A stretch of 64,000 nucleotides of DNA from an uncultured Candidatus Saccharibacteria bacterium (lineage in GTDB: Bacteria > Patescibacteriota > Minisyncoccia > Phycocordibacterales > UBA9973): NCBI GenBank assembly GCA_964532495.1, contig CAZHJZ010000003.1, positions 3,658-67,657 on the forward strand. Direction: 5' to 3'. Position 1 is the first letter of the stretch, and each line of letters opens with the position of its first letter. Both the position numbers and the translations under genes were made by a program. The notes beneath the pieces are model-generated. The model was not told the origin of the DNA. It saw only the letters and a list, made by a program, of their open reading frames with translations, and searched no databases. This document shows positions 34,393 through 44,416 of this stretch, piece after piece.

Positions 34393-37300
34393 TTAATGTC
34401 CTCCATGGCCATGGTCGCCGGCATCATGATGTCCTGCATCATGGCTTGCTGGAGCGCTTTCACCTAAGCCCTTAAACATGTCGAATAGTTTTGAGTTCGG
34501 AGCTTTGTACGTAGCGGTAAATTTGTGCGCATGCTGTTCTTTGTGGCTTGCCTGTTCTGCTACTTGCTCTGATTGTCCCTTAAAGTTTCCGCTCCAAGCT
34601 ACTTTTTGATCATTGAGCCCGCTTGATAATCCTCGAGCAAGTCCTTCGTTCAGAGCGTCAGCACCTTCAGTGAACATGACTCGGAACGCAGGCATTACCC
34701 CACCATCCATCGCGCCTTTGACCGCACCAACAACACTTCCAGCGATTCCTCCAGCGAGCACGCTTGCTCCACCAGTCAATCCAGCAGCAAACAATCCTGC
34801 GCCCGCACCCATTGCTCCGCCCGATGCTGCGCCGCTCGCCATTTGCTTGAAGCCGTCACGCACTGCTTGTAAGAGTTCGCGAGAAGTACGTTCGCTACCG
34901 CCACCCTCTGATTGGCTTTTAAGGAATTTGACGTAGTCTTTCTGGCGGACATTCTTTGTCTTTTCGATTTCCTTTTCGTTGTCTTTCTTTTGCTTCTCTG
35001 CTCCGCGTATACCGTTAAAGGTTTTGCCGCCGATCACTATAGGTGCCTTGTTCTTGAGCATATCGACTTGATCATTCGCCCCCTTCACACTACTATCAGC
35101 ATCTGCTTTTGCTTTTAATAAAGTCGCAGGAACTGACTTTGCTTTTGGATTTGCTTCCTTGTATGCCTTGATTGCTTCATTTGCTTCACTCTGTTTATTT
35201 TTTGCAACTTGTTGTTTGCTCTCCGCTTCTTCCAAATCTTCTTTAGGTTTCTTCAGTCCGTCATCAATATCTCCGTTATCATGTTCGAGATGGTGGATCT
35301 TCTCATCATTTTGTCCCAAGAGTTTCTTGAAGCTTTCTTCTTTTGCTGCCTTGCGGTCAACTCGTGCCTGCTGTCCTCCTGCTGTCATGTCAGTACCAAA
35401 CGACTTTGGAGCGATCAAGCCAGCACCCATATTCATATTTACGCCAGTCGCGCTTGAGAGTGCGTTTCCAAGACCAGTCTGGCGAAGATCGAAGCTTGAT
35501 TTTGAAAGCTTGTCGGCACGCTGCAATTTTGCTGCCGCATGCTGCTGTGCACGGAGGGCGTTTCTCTTTCCTTCTGCCGTATCGTCGATCGGGCCGAATT
35601 TGTTTCCATAGAGCTGGCTGAGTTTGGCGGTGTTACCAGACGCAGCATCTTTGAGATCCTGGTTCTGAAGAGTTTTCATAGCTGCTCCGCCGATGAACTT
35701 CGAGCCAAGAGCTGCTGCTCCGCCGGTTACCGCCATTGATGCCATACCTACTCCTGCTGAAACTATTCCAGCAAAGGCTGCACCAAACTGTCCAGCCATT
35801 TCTTCAGCGATTTTCTTGGCTGCCATGAGAAGTCCAATAACGATCATAGTTGGAAGCATGATCGCTACGAGGAATGATACGAAATTTCCGCCGGCGTCAG
35901 TAACCGCGCTCATTGTTGTACCAAGGAGTCCCCCATCATTTCCACCCACGAGGTAAACGACAAGATACAAGAAGAAGAAAAAGACAGGTGCATTGAAGCA
36001 GGCTTTCATGAAACCAGAAAGCCATGTGCTCCATCCGAGTTGCTTCAAATTGCTTTCAAGGCTTGGGACGATACTTGTCACGAATGCTAAAGGCGCAAAG
36101 ATCATTGAGAACCAGATTACGCCAATACGTCCCGCAAAGAAGGCCGCACACATAAAGAATATCCAAGCCAGAGCCATGTTGAGGATAAAGGCGATTAAAA
36201 GTACGAAGAATATGGTTCCAGTACCGACTGTGCCTGTCTGCTTAAGCTTAGCCAAGCTATCAGTGCTGAGGAGCTTTTGTGGCTGCACTCCGCCGACGAT
36301 AACAGCCGAGATGGACTGTTCTTTGACTCCTACTTCGCCAGTAGTTGTTGGAGGGTTTTTCTTGGCACAGTCCTCTCCTTCCTTACAGATATTCATCGCA
36401 TTATAGAAAACTCGCGAGAGAATGTTTGATGCATCGATCGTCACGCGGCAGAAGAATAAGCTGAAGTTGATCAAGAGTCCGATGAGAATAACCTGAGCAA
36501 CTATTTTTTTTGTATTTACGTGGTGAAGCGAAAGAACAAGTCCGAGCGCCGCATAGAGAAGTATGAATATGAAAAAGATATTGGCGATATCGCGAACCAA
36601 GCTCCAGCCGTTTTCAACGAATGAAGCGATGCCTGTACCGGCTGCTCCCTGTCCGTAGATCGTGCTTCCAAGGGAAACAGCGGCAAATGCGTCAAACAGT
36701 CGGCCTGTTGTCTGTGCAAGCCAGTATGATGTTGAGACAAAGATAGAGTTGAATGCTTCAGTGATGCACCCCCCGATATTAATTTTAAACCAAGGTGCAT
36801 CTCCATCCGTAGTAAAACAAGTGAGTTCCGCGCTAAAAGCGTTAGTGTTAGTAGCTGAAAAATCTGGAGTCTCAACGTAGCTGTCTTCTGCTTGCTTTGT
36901 AAGGTCTACGTTTGAGGCAGCAGCTTCTTCTGTTGTCTGCGTCATGATTTCAGTTACAGGACCGAGCGCGAGAAGGGGGCTGCCGATAGCATCTTCTTTA
37001 AGGAGAACTTGGAAATAATATCGGGTGTTTGGGGCAAGGCCAGTAATATGGATCGGCTTACTTGTGACAGGATTTTTTCCGAAGAAAGAATCTCGAGGAT
37101 TTACTTTCCAAAGGTATTGTCCGATGTTAGTGGCTGTAGTTGAGGCAAGAGTTGAGTTGAATGCCACTCCCTGTTTTGGAGCATAAGTGACAGGAGGTAG
37201 ATTTGGCTTTTCTACTACAATTGGATCAACGGCATAGCTATTAAAATTGCCTCCTACGATATCGAGCGTCGTGTTAGGAAAAGTCTTTTTTTCAGTTCCG

Positions 37301-37647
37301 ACCAAAAGAAAGACACCTTCCGTCATGCTATCTTCGTGTCTATTGTCGACAAGGATCTCGTCCCAAGCTCCCGAGCTGTCACCCATATCGAAATAGTTCT
37401 CTATAGAACCATTGTCTTGGGCTACTGCGCCAGTAAACCGTATAGTGACATCAAGCAAGACGCTCTTGTCATCCTTTCCTTTTTCAGCAAGAGTTGCAGC
37501 CGTAAGTTTTCGGAAATAGCCAGGGCCTGATGTCATTGAGAACGTGCCTTCAAAAGACGCTTCAGCTTTTTTTAGTCCGCCCCACGGAAAAAGCATACTG
37601 GCGAGTATGACGAAGGTCGCTATAAGTGCGCTTACTTTCTTCCGCAT
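34393..37647 (-). CDS. VirB6/TrbL-like polytopic membrane protein (1084 aa) with N-terminal extracellular domain and C-terminal Gly-rich and His-rich tail
   Basis: Signal peptide. After ~330 aa there are >=8 hydrophobic helices separated by short loops (IANIFFIFILLYAALGLVL, ILIGLLINFSLFF, IFFVLLIAFILNMALAWIFFMCAAFFAGRIGVIWFSMIFAPLAF, VFFFFLYLVVYLVGG, LVAIMLPTMIVIGLLMA...), the hallmark of TrbL/VirB6 proteins. Long charged C-terminal region ends in HDAGHHDAGDHGHGGH. Confidence 0.6.
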   Translation of the reverse strand: MRKKVSALIATFVILASMLFPWGGLKKAEASFEGTFSMTSGPGYFRKLTAATLAEKGKDDKSVLLDVTIRFTGAVAQDNGSIENYFDMGDSSGAWDEILVDNRHEDSMTEGVFLLVGTEKKTFPNTTLDIVGGNFNSYAVDPIVVEKPNLPPVTYAPKQGVAFNSTLASTTATNIGQYLWKVNPRDSFFGKNPVTSKPIHITGLAPNTRYYFQVLLKEDAIGSPLLALGPVTEIMTQTTEEAAASNVDLTKQAEDSYVETPDFSATNTNAFSAELTCFTTDGDAPWFKINIGGCITEAFNSIFVSTSYWLAQTTGRLFDAFAAVSLGSTIYGQGAAGTGIASFVENGWSLVRDIANIFFIFILLYAALGLVLSLHHVNTKKIVAQVILIGLLINFSLFFCRVTIDASNILSRVFYNAMNICKEGEDCAKKNPPTTTGEVGVKEQSISAVIVGGVQPQKLLSTDSLAKLKQTGTVGTGTIFFVLLIAFILNMALAWIFFMCAAFFAGRIGVIWFSMIFAPLAFVTSIVPSLESNLKQLGWSTWLSGFMKACFNAPVFFFFLYLVVYLVGGNDGGLLGTTMSAVTDAGGNFVSFLVAIMLPTMIVIGLLMAAKKIAEEMAGQFGAAFAGIVSAGVGMASMAVTGGAAALGSKFIGGAAMKTLQNQDLKDAASGNTAKLSQLYGNKFGPIDDTAEGKRNALRAQQHAAAKLQRADKLSKSSFDLRQTGLGNALSSATGVNMNMGAGLIAPKSFGTDMTAGGQQARVDRKAAKEESFKKLLGQNDEKIHHLEHDNGDIDDGLKKPKEDLEEAESKQQVAKNKQSEANEAIKAYKEANPKAKSVPATLLKAKADADSSVKGANDQVDMLKNKAPIVIGGKTFNGIRGAEKQKKDNEKEIEKTKNVRQKDYVKFLKSQSEGGGSERTSRELLQAVRDGFKQMASGAASGGAMGAGAGLFAAGLTGGASVLAGGIAGSVVGAVKGAMDGGVMPAFRVMFTEGADALNEGLARGLSSGLNDQKVAWSGNFKGQSEQVAEQASHKEQHAHKFTATYKAPNSKLFDMFKGLGESAPASHDAGHHDAGDHGHGGH

Positions 37648-37699
37648 TCTGTAAGTAAGTATACCCTAGTTGTTTGATTTTAGGAATGAGAAAACACTG

Positions 37700-37735
37700 T
37701 GGGGATAACAAAACCCCCGGAAGGAGATCCTTCCG
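37700..37735. terminator. strong terminator aaaacccccggaagg-agat-ccttccgggggttttt
   Basis: 11-bp GC-rich perfect stem flanked by A4/T5. Lies between the 956-aa gene and the VirB6-like gene, so the locus is at least two transcription units. Confidence 0.7.
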
Positions 37736-37750
37736 GGGGTTTTTATAAAG

Positions 37751-40621
37751 TTAGAACGCTCCCATCGTGTAGTCCTTTACACTTGAGTCGTAAAAGTTCT
37801 TACAATTAAGGTCGATCTTTGGTCGTCGGAACAATGAATCCCAATGACTTCGCTGTGGCAGTGTCTGAACATCGTACTTGTCGAGGATAGCCTGACAATA
37901 GAACAATCGTTCACTTGTCTGGTCAGCATTAACAACGGTATCTGAGCTATCTTCAAACGAATCAACAATATTTAGGGCTTGTCGCAATCTCTCGGTTCCC
38001 GTAGAGTTTGTGTCCCAACCCTCGCCAAGATCAGAGATCGGCGTAGTTGCCGTTACGATGGCATAGAGTATCGTCATTTGCTGATCACTCAGTGCCCCGT
38101 AAATACTTCTATCGTCTTCACTGAGGTTTCCGGAGAACCATGGATCTGCCGCAAGCGTAGTCACCATGTCCGCTCGACTAAGGTTTGATGGCAGCTGAAC
38201 CTGGTTGAAGCCGCTTGATGTGTACTGAAGATCGTCGATTGTTCCTGTGCCATACGGGCTGATATACATTTCCTTGGGCGTTCGTGGATTTGTAATAGTT
38301 GGGATACCGAACAGCGCTAATACTACTTGTCGAGCAATGTTTGTCTTATCAGCCGTATATGAAGTGATGATAAAACCGTGCTGATTGATGGCGTCAATGA
38401 TGTTTGCTGGGAGTGTTGCAGGGTTTACCTTCTCAACAATGGTTGGAGAATTACCCATCTGCTGGATGAATTTGTTGTTATATCCTCCGAATACAACATG
38501 GTAGATATTCTGGGATCGGTAGATTTCTCGCTCGTCCAAAATTGTGTTGATCATAAGGCCGATGTTGTCATACTGGGCTTTTACTTGCTCGTACGTTGCC
38601 TGAGCTTGCGAGATCGTTGCGGCGTTTGGAAGATCATCCATAAGCAATGCGTACGCTTTAAGTGCTCCCTTCATGATCTGATTGCCGGTTTCTGTTACAT
38701 AGTCAAATGGATTGAAATGGGCATTGCTTGGATCAGCGAGGATTGTCTGCCACTTTGTTGGATAGTTGAGCATGTGTGCAGGCGAGACTGTTTCGTTAGG
38801 ATGGTCAGCAAGGAATTCATCCAAGCTGTTATCTGGTTCTGGGTTATATGTTACATCCGCTGTGTGGTTTTTGAGGACATCGTCGAGTCGGCTTTTTACC
38901 GACTTCAAGCGAGCAAGTGTGGCAAGCGAAGTAGTGTAATTGTCTACGAATTCACCTTGTTTTACGCTGTATGCCACGCCATTTTGAACCATTGATGCAG
39001 CATCATTGTATGAAGGAAGGTTTGAAGTCAGCAGCTGAATTTCAATATCGTTTGGAATTGCTCCGGAGAAATTTTGAAGGTCTTCTGCGATTGCTTCAGC
39101 TTCTTTTTTGTATTTCTTGATGGATCGAGATACTGCGCGCTGGCTCCATACGTTCACTGCCGTTTGCAATCTTTCTACGATACGCTGTTTCCATCCATAT
39201 TTAGGTCCAGGAAGAGCATAGTCGAGCGTTCGAACCATGCTTGCAAAACTCTCTTGTCGGACAGTAGTACCGTCAGGGTTTTGCTGGCTTATGCCTCGCA
39301 TCAAGTCGAGCACTCTCTTGTATGCATCAACCTGCGCCTGCGCCTGTTCGATCAAAGTTAGCTTGATCTGATTGCCGCTAGCATCCGTAATGCCGATGTC
39401 TTGTCCTGTATAGAACAGTTCTTTAAGGTTGAGGTTTATGTCTGCTGCAGTTGTCCAGTTGCTAGGATCATTGCTGCTTTGTGAGTTGCTTGTAGCAGCC
39501 AATGATTGGCCATCGTATGTCCAGACAGGGCCTGGGCCTTTTGTTTTAGAAATTGCAGTAGAGAGAGCAGACAAGCCTTTGTCCAAAAGCTTTGTTGTTA
39601 ATGCGTTTACGATAGCTGAAATACTGTTTCCGAGAGCCGCGCCAAGTTCTGTTTGTGAGAATTTTGATCCCAAGGCTCGGTTGATTTGTGACTGAACCAC
39701 TGAACCCGGACTGACTGTTTTCCAAGTGATACAATCTGCTTCTGATTTTGCTCCGCCAAGGAAAAAAGTTTTGGCATTAGCTTGGCCTTGTTGTTGTTTG
39801 GTTGGAAGAGGAGGTGAATATCCGGCACCTTGCTGGCTTTGTTCCTGCGGTCCAACCTGTGGAGATGATCGGTATGCGACACAGGTTCTTTGGTTCAAGA
39901 ATCCTTGGCCATAATTGAGTTGCTGTTGAACAAGCTGCTGGCCTTTTGCAACAGTGTTTGCTGCCTTATTTGCTCCGACAAACAAAGCACCGTAGACATT
40001 GTTTGCTGGGTTTGAGTTAAATGCTTCATATCCAGCCCATCCGCCCACATTGAAATTGTTCTGGAATTTATTAGCTTCTTGTCCAAGAATATCTCCAAGC
40101 GTGTATCTCATTTTCTGTGCGATGTCTCCATTTTGGTTTCGGTAGCTCCAGATAAGAGCCTGTGAGATTTCTCGGCCATACGGGAATTTGCTTGCATTGT
40201 AACCGATCGTATCGATCAAGTTCTCGAGTTGAGCGTTTCCAATATTTTTGAAAAATGATTCAGGATTCTGAACGAACTGTGGCGATCCTTTGAATCCCCC
40301 GTTGATCCAGTTCACTGTTGCTTCAGTGAGTTTGTTGAGAAGAACTTTGGCAATTGCCTTCAAGATCATGCCGAGTAATTTTGCAATCCATTGAAGAACT
40401 GTTTTTGCAGTAGTAGTTGTGTTGGTTCCTGCATCTACGCCGATTCCGGCAGAAGCCAAAAAGTCCGCAACAGGGAAACCAGTCGCCTCCGCCTTTTGTA
40501 TTCGAGGGATAGGGGCGGTGAGCTGCAATGAGACCGGAGTCAGTACCACTCCGCCAAGTACGAATATTCCGAGGAGAGTTGCTGCGATCGTTTTGTTTTT
40601 TGCGTATTTATACATGATCAA
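37751..40621 (-). CDS. large secreted protein (956 aa), unknown function, T4SS-like locus
   Basis: N-terminal TM/signal (IAATLLGIFVLGGVVL). Polar, Asn/Gln/Thr-rich, no recognisable catalytic motif. Confidence 0.55.
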   Translation of the reverse strand: MIMYKYAKNKTIAATLLGIFVLGGVVLTPVSLQLTAPIPRIQKAEATGFPVADFLASAGIGVDAGTNTTTTAKTVLQWIAKLLGMILKAIAKVLLNKLTEATVNWINGGFKGSPQFVQNPESFFKNIGNAQLENLIDTIGYNASKFPYGREISQALIWSYRNQNGDIAQKMRYTLGDILGQEANKFQNNFNVGGWAGYEAFNSNPANNVYGALFVGANKAANTVAKGQQLVQQQLNYGQGFLNQRTCVAYRSSPQVGPQEQSQQGAGYSPPLPTKQQQGQANAKTFFLGGAKSEADCITWKTVSPGSVVQSQINRALGSKFSQTELGAALGNSISAIVNALTTKLLDKGLSALSTAISKTKGPGPVWTYDGQSLAATSNSQSSNDPSNWTTAADINLNLKELFYTGQDIGITDASGNQIKLTLIEQAQAQVDAYKRVLDLMRGISQQNPDGTTVRQESFASMVRTLDYALPGPKYGWKQRIVERLQTAVNVWSQRAVSRSIKKYKKEAEAIAEDLQNFSGAIPNDIEIQLLTSNLPSYNDAASMVQNGVAYSVKQGEFVDNYTTSLATLARLKSVKSRLDDVLKNHTADVTYNPEPDNSLDEFLADHPNETVSPAHMLNYPTKWQTILADPSNAHFNPFDYVTETGNQIMKGALKAYALLMDDLPNAATISQAQATYEQVKAQYDNIGLMINTILDEREIYRSQNIYHVVFGGYNNKFIQQMGNSPTIVEKVNPATLPANIIDAINQHGFIITSYTADKTNIARQVVLALFGIPTITNPRTPKEMYISPYGTGTIDDLQYTSSGFNQVQLPSNLSRADMVTTLAADPWFSGNLSEDDRSIYGALSDQQMTILYAIVTATTPISDLGEGWDTNSTGTERLRQALNIVDSFEDSSDTVVNADQTSERLFYCQAILDKYDVQTLPQRSHWDSLFRRPKIDLNCKNFYDSSVKDYTMGAF

Positions 40622-40633
40622 TATGAGTGCTAA

Positions 40634-41545
40634 TTAATATTGCCCAAGCTCGCTAATTGCTGCATCAGCATCGATAGGAGTTGCGACATTCCCATATGGC
40701 AATTTATTGGTAAGGTGAACCATGTATTCCAAAAGGTCTGAAATAGTTTGTGAATACTGCATTGAAGCAGAAAGGGATGAAACAGGATTATTGAATGTAT
40801 TTTTCATGAGCTGAATGCTGCCAAGCGTCTTATTCAAACGGTTCATGAGTTCAACATGTCCAAGAGCCGCTGCTTTTGGCGGCGGCAATGCTTTGAGTGC
40901 GGCAATAAGCTGTGAGTACCGAAGAATGATGGGATCAAGCTTGGCGAGCGCAGTTGGGTCATTTGCATCTAGGGCATCGCCAAGAATGACAACTGACACA
41001 TCTATGTCGAGTGGATACTTAGTATTAAAAAGAGCCTTAAGGTTTGTTGAGTATGTTTTGCGGTTTTGGTCAGTATCTGCAACAGTTTTGATATCAGCTG
41101 TAGTAAATACAGAAGCCAGAGACTGACTAGCGATCTGGTCTGTAACTTGCGTTGCGATTGCATTGCTGCCTTCTTCGGTGAGATCGCCGGATTGGCTGAT
41201 TGTCGCCGCAGTTGTGAAAAGGTCGCGAGCAAATTGCTCAGTTTCATTGATTGGCGGTTCTTCTATACTGCTACTTTCTGGTGATGCCGTAATTCCGAGA
41301 GCGGCGGTAAGGTTTTGCTTCCAGTCTTCTACCCCGTCGTTGTTGTAATCAATCTGTGCGATATCTTTTACTACAAGCGGAGCCGCTGTTGGCTGTGTAA
41401 CTTCTTCGCCCTTAACTACTCGCTGATTCACAAAGTAATTTGAAAGTTTCATCATGCCAAAAATAACCACAGCGGCACCAACGATAAAGCCGACTCTAGT
41501 TGTGAAAGTTTTACTTGGCAAATAGCTTGCAATATTTGTCGCCAT
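40634..41545 (-). CDS. membrane-anchored protein (303 aa), first gene of the T4SS-like locus
   Basis: Single N-terminal TM helix (VGFIVGAAVVIFGMM) then an extracytoplasmic domain. TATACT lies 8 nt before the ATG. Confidence 0.5.
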   Translation of the reverse strand: MATNIASYLPSKTFTTRVGFIVGAAVVIFGMMKLSNYFVNQRVVKGEEVTQPTAAPLVVKDIAQIDYNNDGVEDWKQNLTAALGITASPESSSIEEPPINETEQFARDLFTTAATISQSGDLTEEGSNAIATQVTDQIASQSLASVFTTADIKTVADTDQNRKTYSTNLKALFNTKYPLDIDVSVVILGDALDANDPTALAKLDPIILRYSQLIAALKALPPPKAAALGHVELMNRLNKTLGSIQLMKNTFNNPVSSLSASMQYSQTISDLLEYMVHLTNKLPYGNVATPIDADAAISELGQY

Positions 41546-41608
41546 ATATGCAACAAGTATAGCTTATTTTTAAAAACAAGACTAATGAAAAATAGTTTTT
41601 GTGCAGAG

Positions 41609-42406
41609 TTATGCAGAAAGAGTGAAAAAAGTTTTCCAATCTTCGATGCCGAGTTCTTCCGCGCGCGCCTGCTCCCCCTTCCCAAGTTTCGAAAGGATCT
41701 CTTTGATAGTCTCTTTTGAGTACGTTCCACCCAGGTTGTGGACGATTGTCTTTCGTTTATGGCCGAAAGCAAGCTTAATAAGGTTAAAAAAGCTTTTTTC
41801 TTGTTCGGGTGTATATATATGTGTAATGTTTGCTACATGTAAGATAGCAGAGTCTACTTTTGGAGCCGGGCTAAAATAGCGTTTTGAGACCGTTCCTTTA
41901 TAGGCTGGCTCACCAAAAAGCTTTACAGAGATTGATAAAATGCTTTCTTTGCCGTCTTTTGCCACTACTCGCTCGGCTACTTCCTTCTGAACGAGAACAG
42001 TCATGCTTTGTGGCTGGTTGTTAGATTCAAGGTAATGCCGCATCAAAAGGCCGGTAATATAGTATGGAATATTGGCTACTAGCTTCCATGTACCCTGTTG
42101 TAACTTGAGTTTTTTGAGATCAAGCTCCAATGCATCCCCATGGATAAGGCTAAATTGCTTTGAAGAGATCTCTGCTTTAAACAGGTCTTCCAGGAACGGA
42201 ATAAGCTGGTCGTCCTTCTCGACGGCAATAACATGCGCCCCGGTAGCTAAAAGTTCCTTAGTAAGGGCGCCTTTGCCCGGGCCAATCTCTAAAACAGTGT
42301 CATTTTCACCCAAAGAGGCACTCGAAACCATCTTTTTCAAAGCAGGCTTTGATTTAAGGAAGTTTTGACCGAGAGATTTCTTTGCTTTGTGATTTTGATG
42401 ATACAT
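41609..42406 (-). CDS. rsmA: 16S rRNA (adenine1518-N6/adenine1519-N6)-dimethyltransferase RsmA/KsgA
   Basis: KKSLGQNFL, SAM-binding VLEIGPGKGALT, and KsgA C-terminal region. Start set at the internal Met, 1 nt after the uvrD stop; the track ORF extends to 42439. Confidence 0.85.
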   Translation of the reverse strand: MYHQNHKAKKSLGQNFLKSKPALKKMVSSASLGENDTVLEIGPGKGALTKELLATGAHVIAVEKDDQLIPFLEDLFKAEISSKQFSLIHGDALELDLKKLKLQQGTWKLVANIPYYITGLLMRHYLESNNQPQSMTVLVQKEVAERVVAKDGKESILSISVKLFGEPAYKGTVSKRYFSPAPKVDSAILHVANITHIYTPEQEKSFFNLIKLAFGHKRKTIVHNLGGTYSKETIKEILSKLGKGEQARAEELGIEDWKTFFTLSA

Positions 42407-42407
42407 A

Positions 42408-44330
42408 TTAATCGAAGTAGATAGTTCGTATTCTAGCATTTGCGCGGACTTCGCGTTCAGTTAGAAAATCAGGGATATCATAGAGGAATTCAGACGGCGT
42501 AGCTACCTGACGCATGCCAAATAAGGCTCGAATCGTAGCGTATGTGAGGAAAAGCTTCTTTTCTGCACGGGTAACGGCAACATAGAAGAGGCGGCGTTCT
42601 TCCTCGCGGTGTTCAGCGCTTGCATGCTCTCGCGGCGCGTGCGGGAAAAGATCCTGTTCAAGGCCGGTAATGAAGACATATTTGAATTCCAGTCCTTTTG
42701 AAGCGTGCACGGTCATAAGACGGACGCTTTCTCCGTCTTTGATGCCGTCTTGGTCTGAAGCAAGTGCTGCATCGTCAAGCAATTTTTCCAATCCCTCGCC
42801 AAGCGGCATTGCGTCATACTTTGTCGCAAGCGTCGCCATTTCTTGTATGTTCTCCAAACGTTCAAGGTCGCTCGCGTCCCCTGCTTTAAGTTCGGCTTCG
42901 ATGCCGCTCAGTTTGATCACTTCGCGGATGAGCTCTGATGGTAAAAGTGTTTCGCTTAAGCCGCGTACTTTCTCTAGTACTTCATAAAATGAAGCGACTT
43001 TCTTTTCAGTTGCCGCTGGAAGTGCAGCTCGTTCGCCAGAAAAAAGTTTTGCAAGCGTTGCCTTGCCCAGTCCGCGTGCAGGGAAATTGATAATTCGTTT
43101 TATGTCAGAAAGGTTGTCAGGGTTTCGTGCAGCACGAATGTACGCAAGCATGTCTTTGATTTCTTTTCGATCGTAGAATTTTGTCCCCAAGACTTGGTAC
43201 GGAACATTTTTCCCAATGAGTGCTTCTTCGAGTACGCGCGATTGAAAGTTTGCGCGATACAAGATGGCGATTGAACCTGCAGGAGTTCCCTCTCCGATAA
43301 GCTTGTCGATTTTTTCTGCAACGAATTCCGCCTCGTCGTTCTGGTCGTACGCTTCGTATATGCCGATCAGTTCGCCATCATTGTTTTCCGTGAATAATGT
43401 TTTTTCAACACGGACAGTATTTTTTTTGATGACTGCGTTCGCTGCTGCGAGAATTGTCTTGGTTGAACGATAGTTCTGTTCAAGGAAAAAGACTTTCGTC
43501 CCAGGAAAATCCTTTTCGAAATGAAGCATGTTTTTGAGTCGTGCGCCGCGCCAGCTGTAAATATTTTGATCAGTATCTCCCACCACGCAGATGTTGTATT
43601 CGCCATTCTGATCAGGAGACGCAAGGAGTTTTGTCAGTTCATACTGCACTTCGTTCGTGTCTTGGTATTCATCGATGTGGATATATTTAAATCGAGCCTG
43701 ATAGCTTTTGCGGACCTCCAGGTTGTTCTTCAAAAGCAGGACTGTTTCAAGGAGCAGGTCGTCAAAGTCGAATGCTTTTTCTTCTCTCAGTTTTCGGTCA
43801 TACATTTCCCATACCTTTGCCACTGTTTCTTCTGTGAAACTGCTCGCTTTTGCTCGATATGCTGACACGGTCACGAAGTCCCCTTTTTCTCTGGAAATAA
43901 TATGCTTAAACTTTTTCGCATCATGAATTTTTGGATCAAGGCCGAATGAAATGATACATTCTTTGATCATGGAAACAGCGTCGCTCTCATCTAGAATTCC
44001 AAAGTGGCGGTTTCTTCCGACAAGAGCACAGTGTTCGCGGAGAATGTGCACGCCGAGCGAGTGAAACGTGGAAACATGCGGCAGTGTATCCAGGCGATCT
44101 CCTGCTAGAGCTTTCGCTACGCGGTCGCGCATTTCAGCGGCGGCTTTGTTTGTGAAAGTGATTGCAAGAATATTGTGCGGAAGAACGCCATGGTGAACAA
44201 GATTCACGATGCGTGATGTTACGGTTTTTGTTTTGCCTGCTCCCGCTCCTGCCACGATCAGTATCGGGCCGGAAAGGGTTTCAGCTGCTTTTCGTTGTGG
44301 TTCGTTGAGAGTTGCGAGGTGCGGATGCAT
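42408..44330 (-). CDS. uvrD: UvrD/PcrA-family ATP-dependent DNA helicase
   Basis: LNEPQRKAAE, Walker A AGAGAGKTKT, DEYQDTN and the remaining SF1 helicase motifs. Start set at MHPHLATLN, 7 nt after an extended -10 TGCTATGAT. Confidence 0.9.
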   Translation of the reverse strand: MHPHLATLNEPQRKAAETLSGPILIVAGAGAGKTKTVTSRIVNLVHHGVLPHNILAITFTNKAAAEMRDRVAKALAGDRLDTLPHVSTFHSLGVHILREHCALVGRNRHFGILDESDAVSMIKECIISFGLDPKIHDAKKFKHIISREKGDFVTVSAYRAKASSFTEETVAKVWEMYDRKLREEKAFDFDDLLLETVLLLKNNLEVRKSYQARFKYIHIDEYQDTNEVQYELTKLLASPDQNGEYNICVVGDTDQNIYSWRGARLKNMLHFEKDFPGTKVFFLEQNYRSTKTILAAANAVIKKNTVRVEKTLFTENNDGELIGIYEAYDQNDEAEFVAEKIDKLIGEGTPAGSIAILYRANFQSRVLEEALIGKNVPYQVLGTKFYDRKEIKDMLAYIRAARNPDNLSDIKRIINFPARGLGKATLAKLFSGERAALPAATEKKVASFYEVLEKVRGLSETLLPSELIREVIKLSGIEAELKAGDASDLERLENIQEMATLATKYDAMPLGEGLEKLLDDAALASDQDGIKDGESVRLMTVHASKGLEFKYVFITGLEQDLFPHAPREHASAEHREEERRLFYVAVTRAEKKLFLTYATIRALFGMRQVATPSEFLYDIPDFLTEREVRANARIRTIYFD

Positions 44331-44352
44331 GAGGAGTATCATAGCATAAAAT

Positions 44353-44392
44353 AATTCCCGCCTCGCGGCCGAAGGCCGCGAGGCGGGAATTT
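44353..44392. terminator. 18-bp GC-rich perfect hairpin aattcccgcctcgcggcc-gaa-ggccgcgaggcgggaatt (terminator of the 901-aa gene, abutting the uvrD promoter)
   Basis: Seen directly; flanked by A/T runs. Followed on the minus strand by TTATGCTATGATactcctcATG. Confidence 0.65.
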
Positions 44393-44416
44393 TACAACAT
44401 TCTCTAAGCTATTTTC

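Noticed and set aside
35159-36406. Several plus-strand ORFs (150, 92, 87 and 137 aa) inside the VirB6-like gene
   Set aside because: They are antisense frames of the 1084-aa membrane protein gene. They are Ala/Pro/Ser-rich, as expected for the reverse complement of a Gly/Ala-rich coding region.
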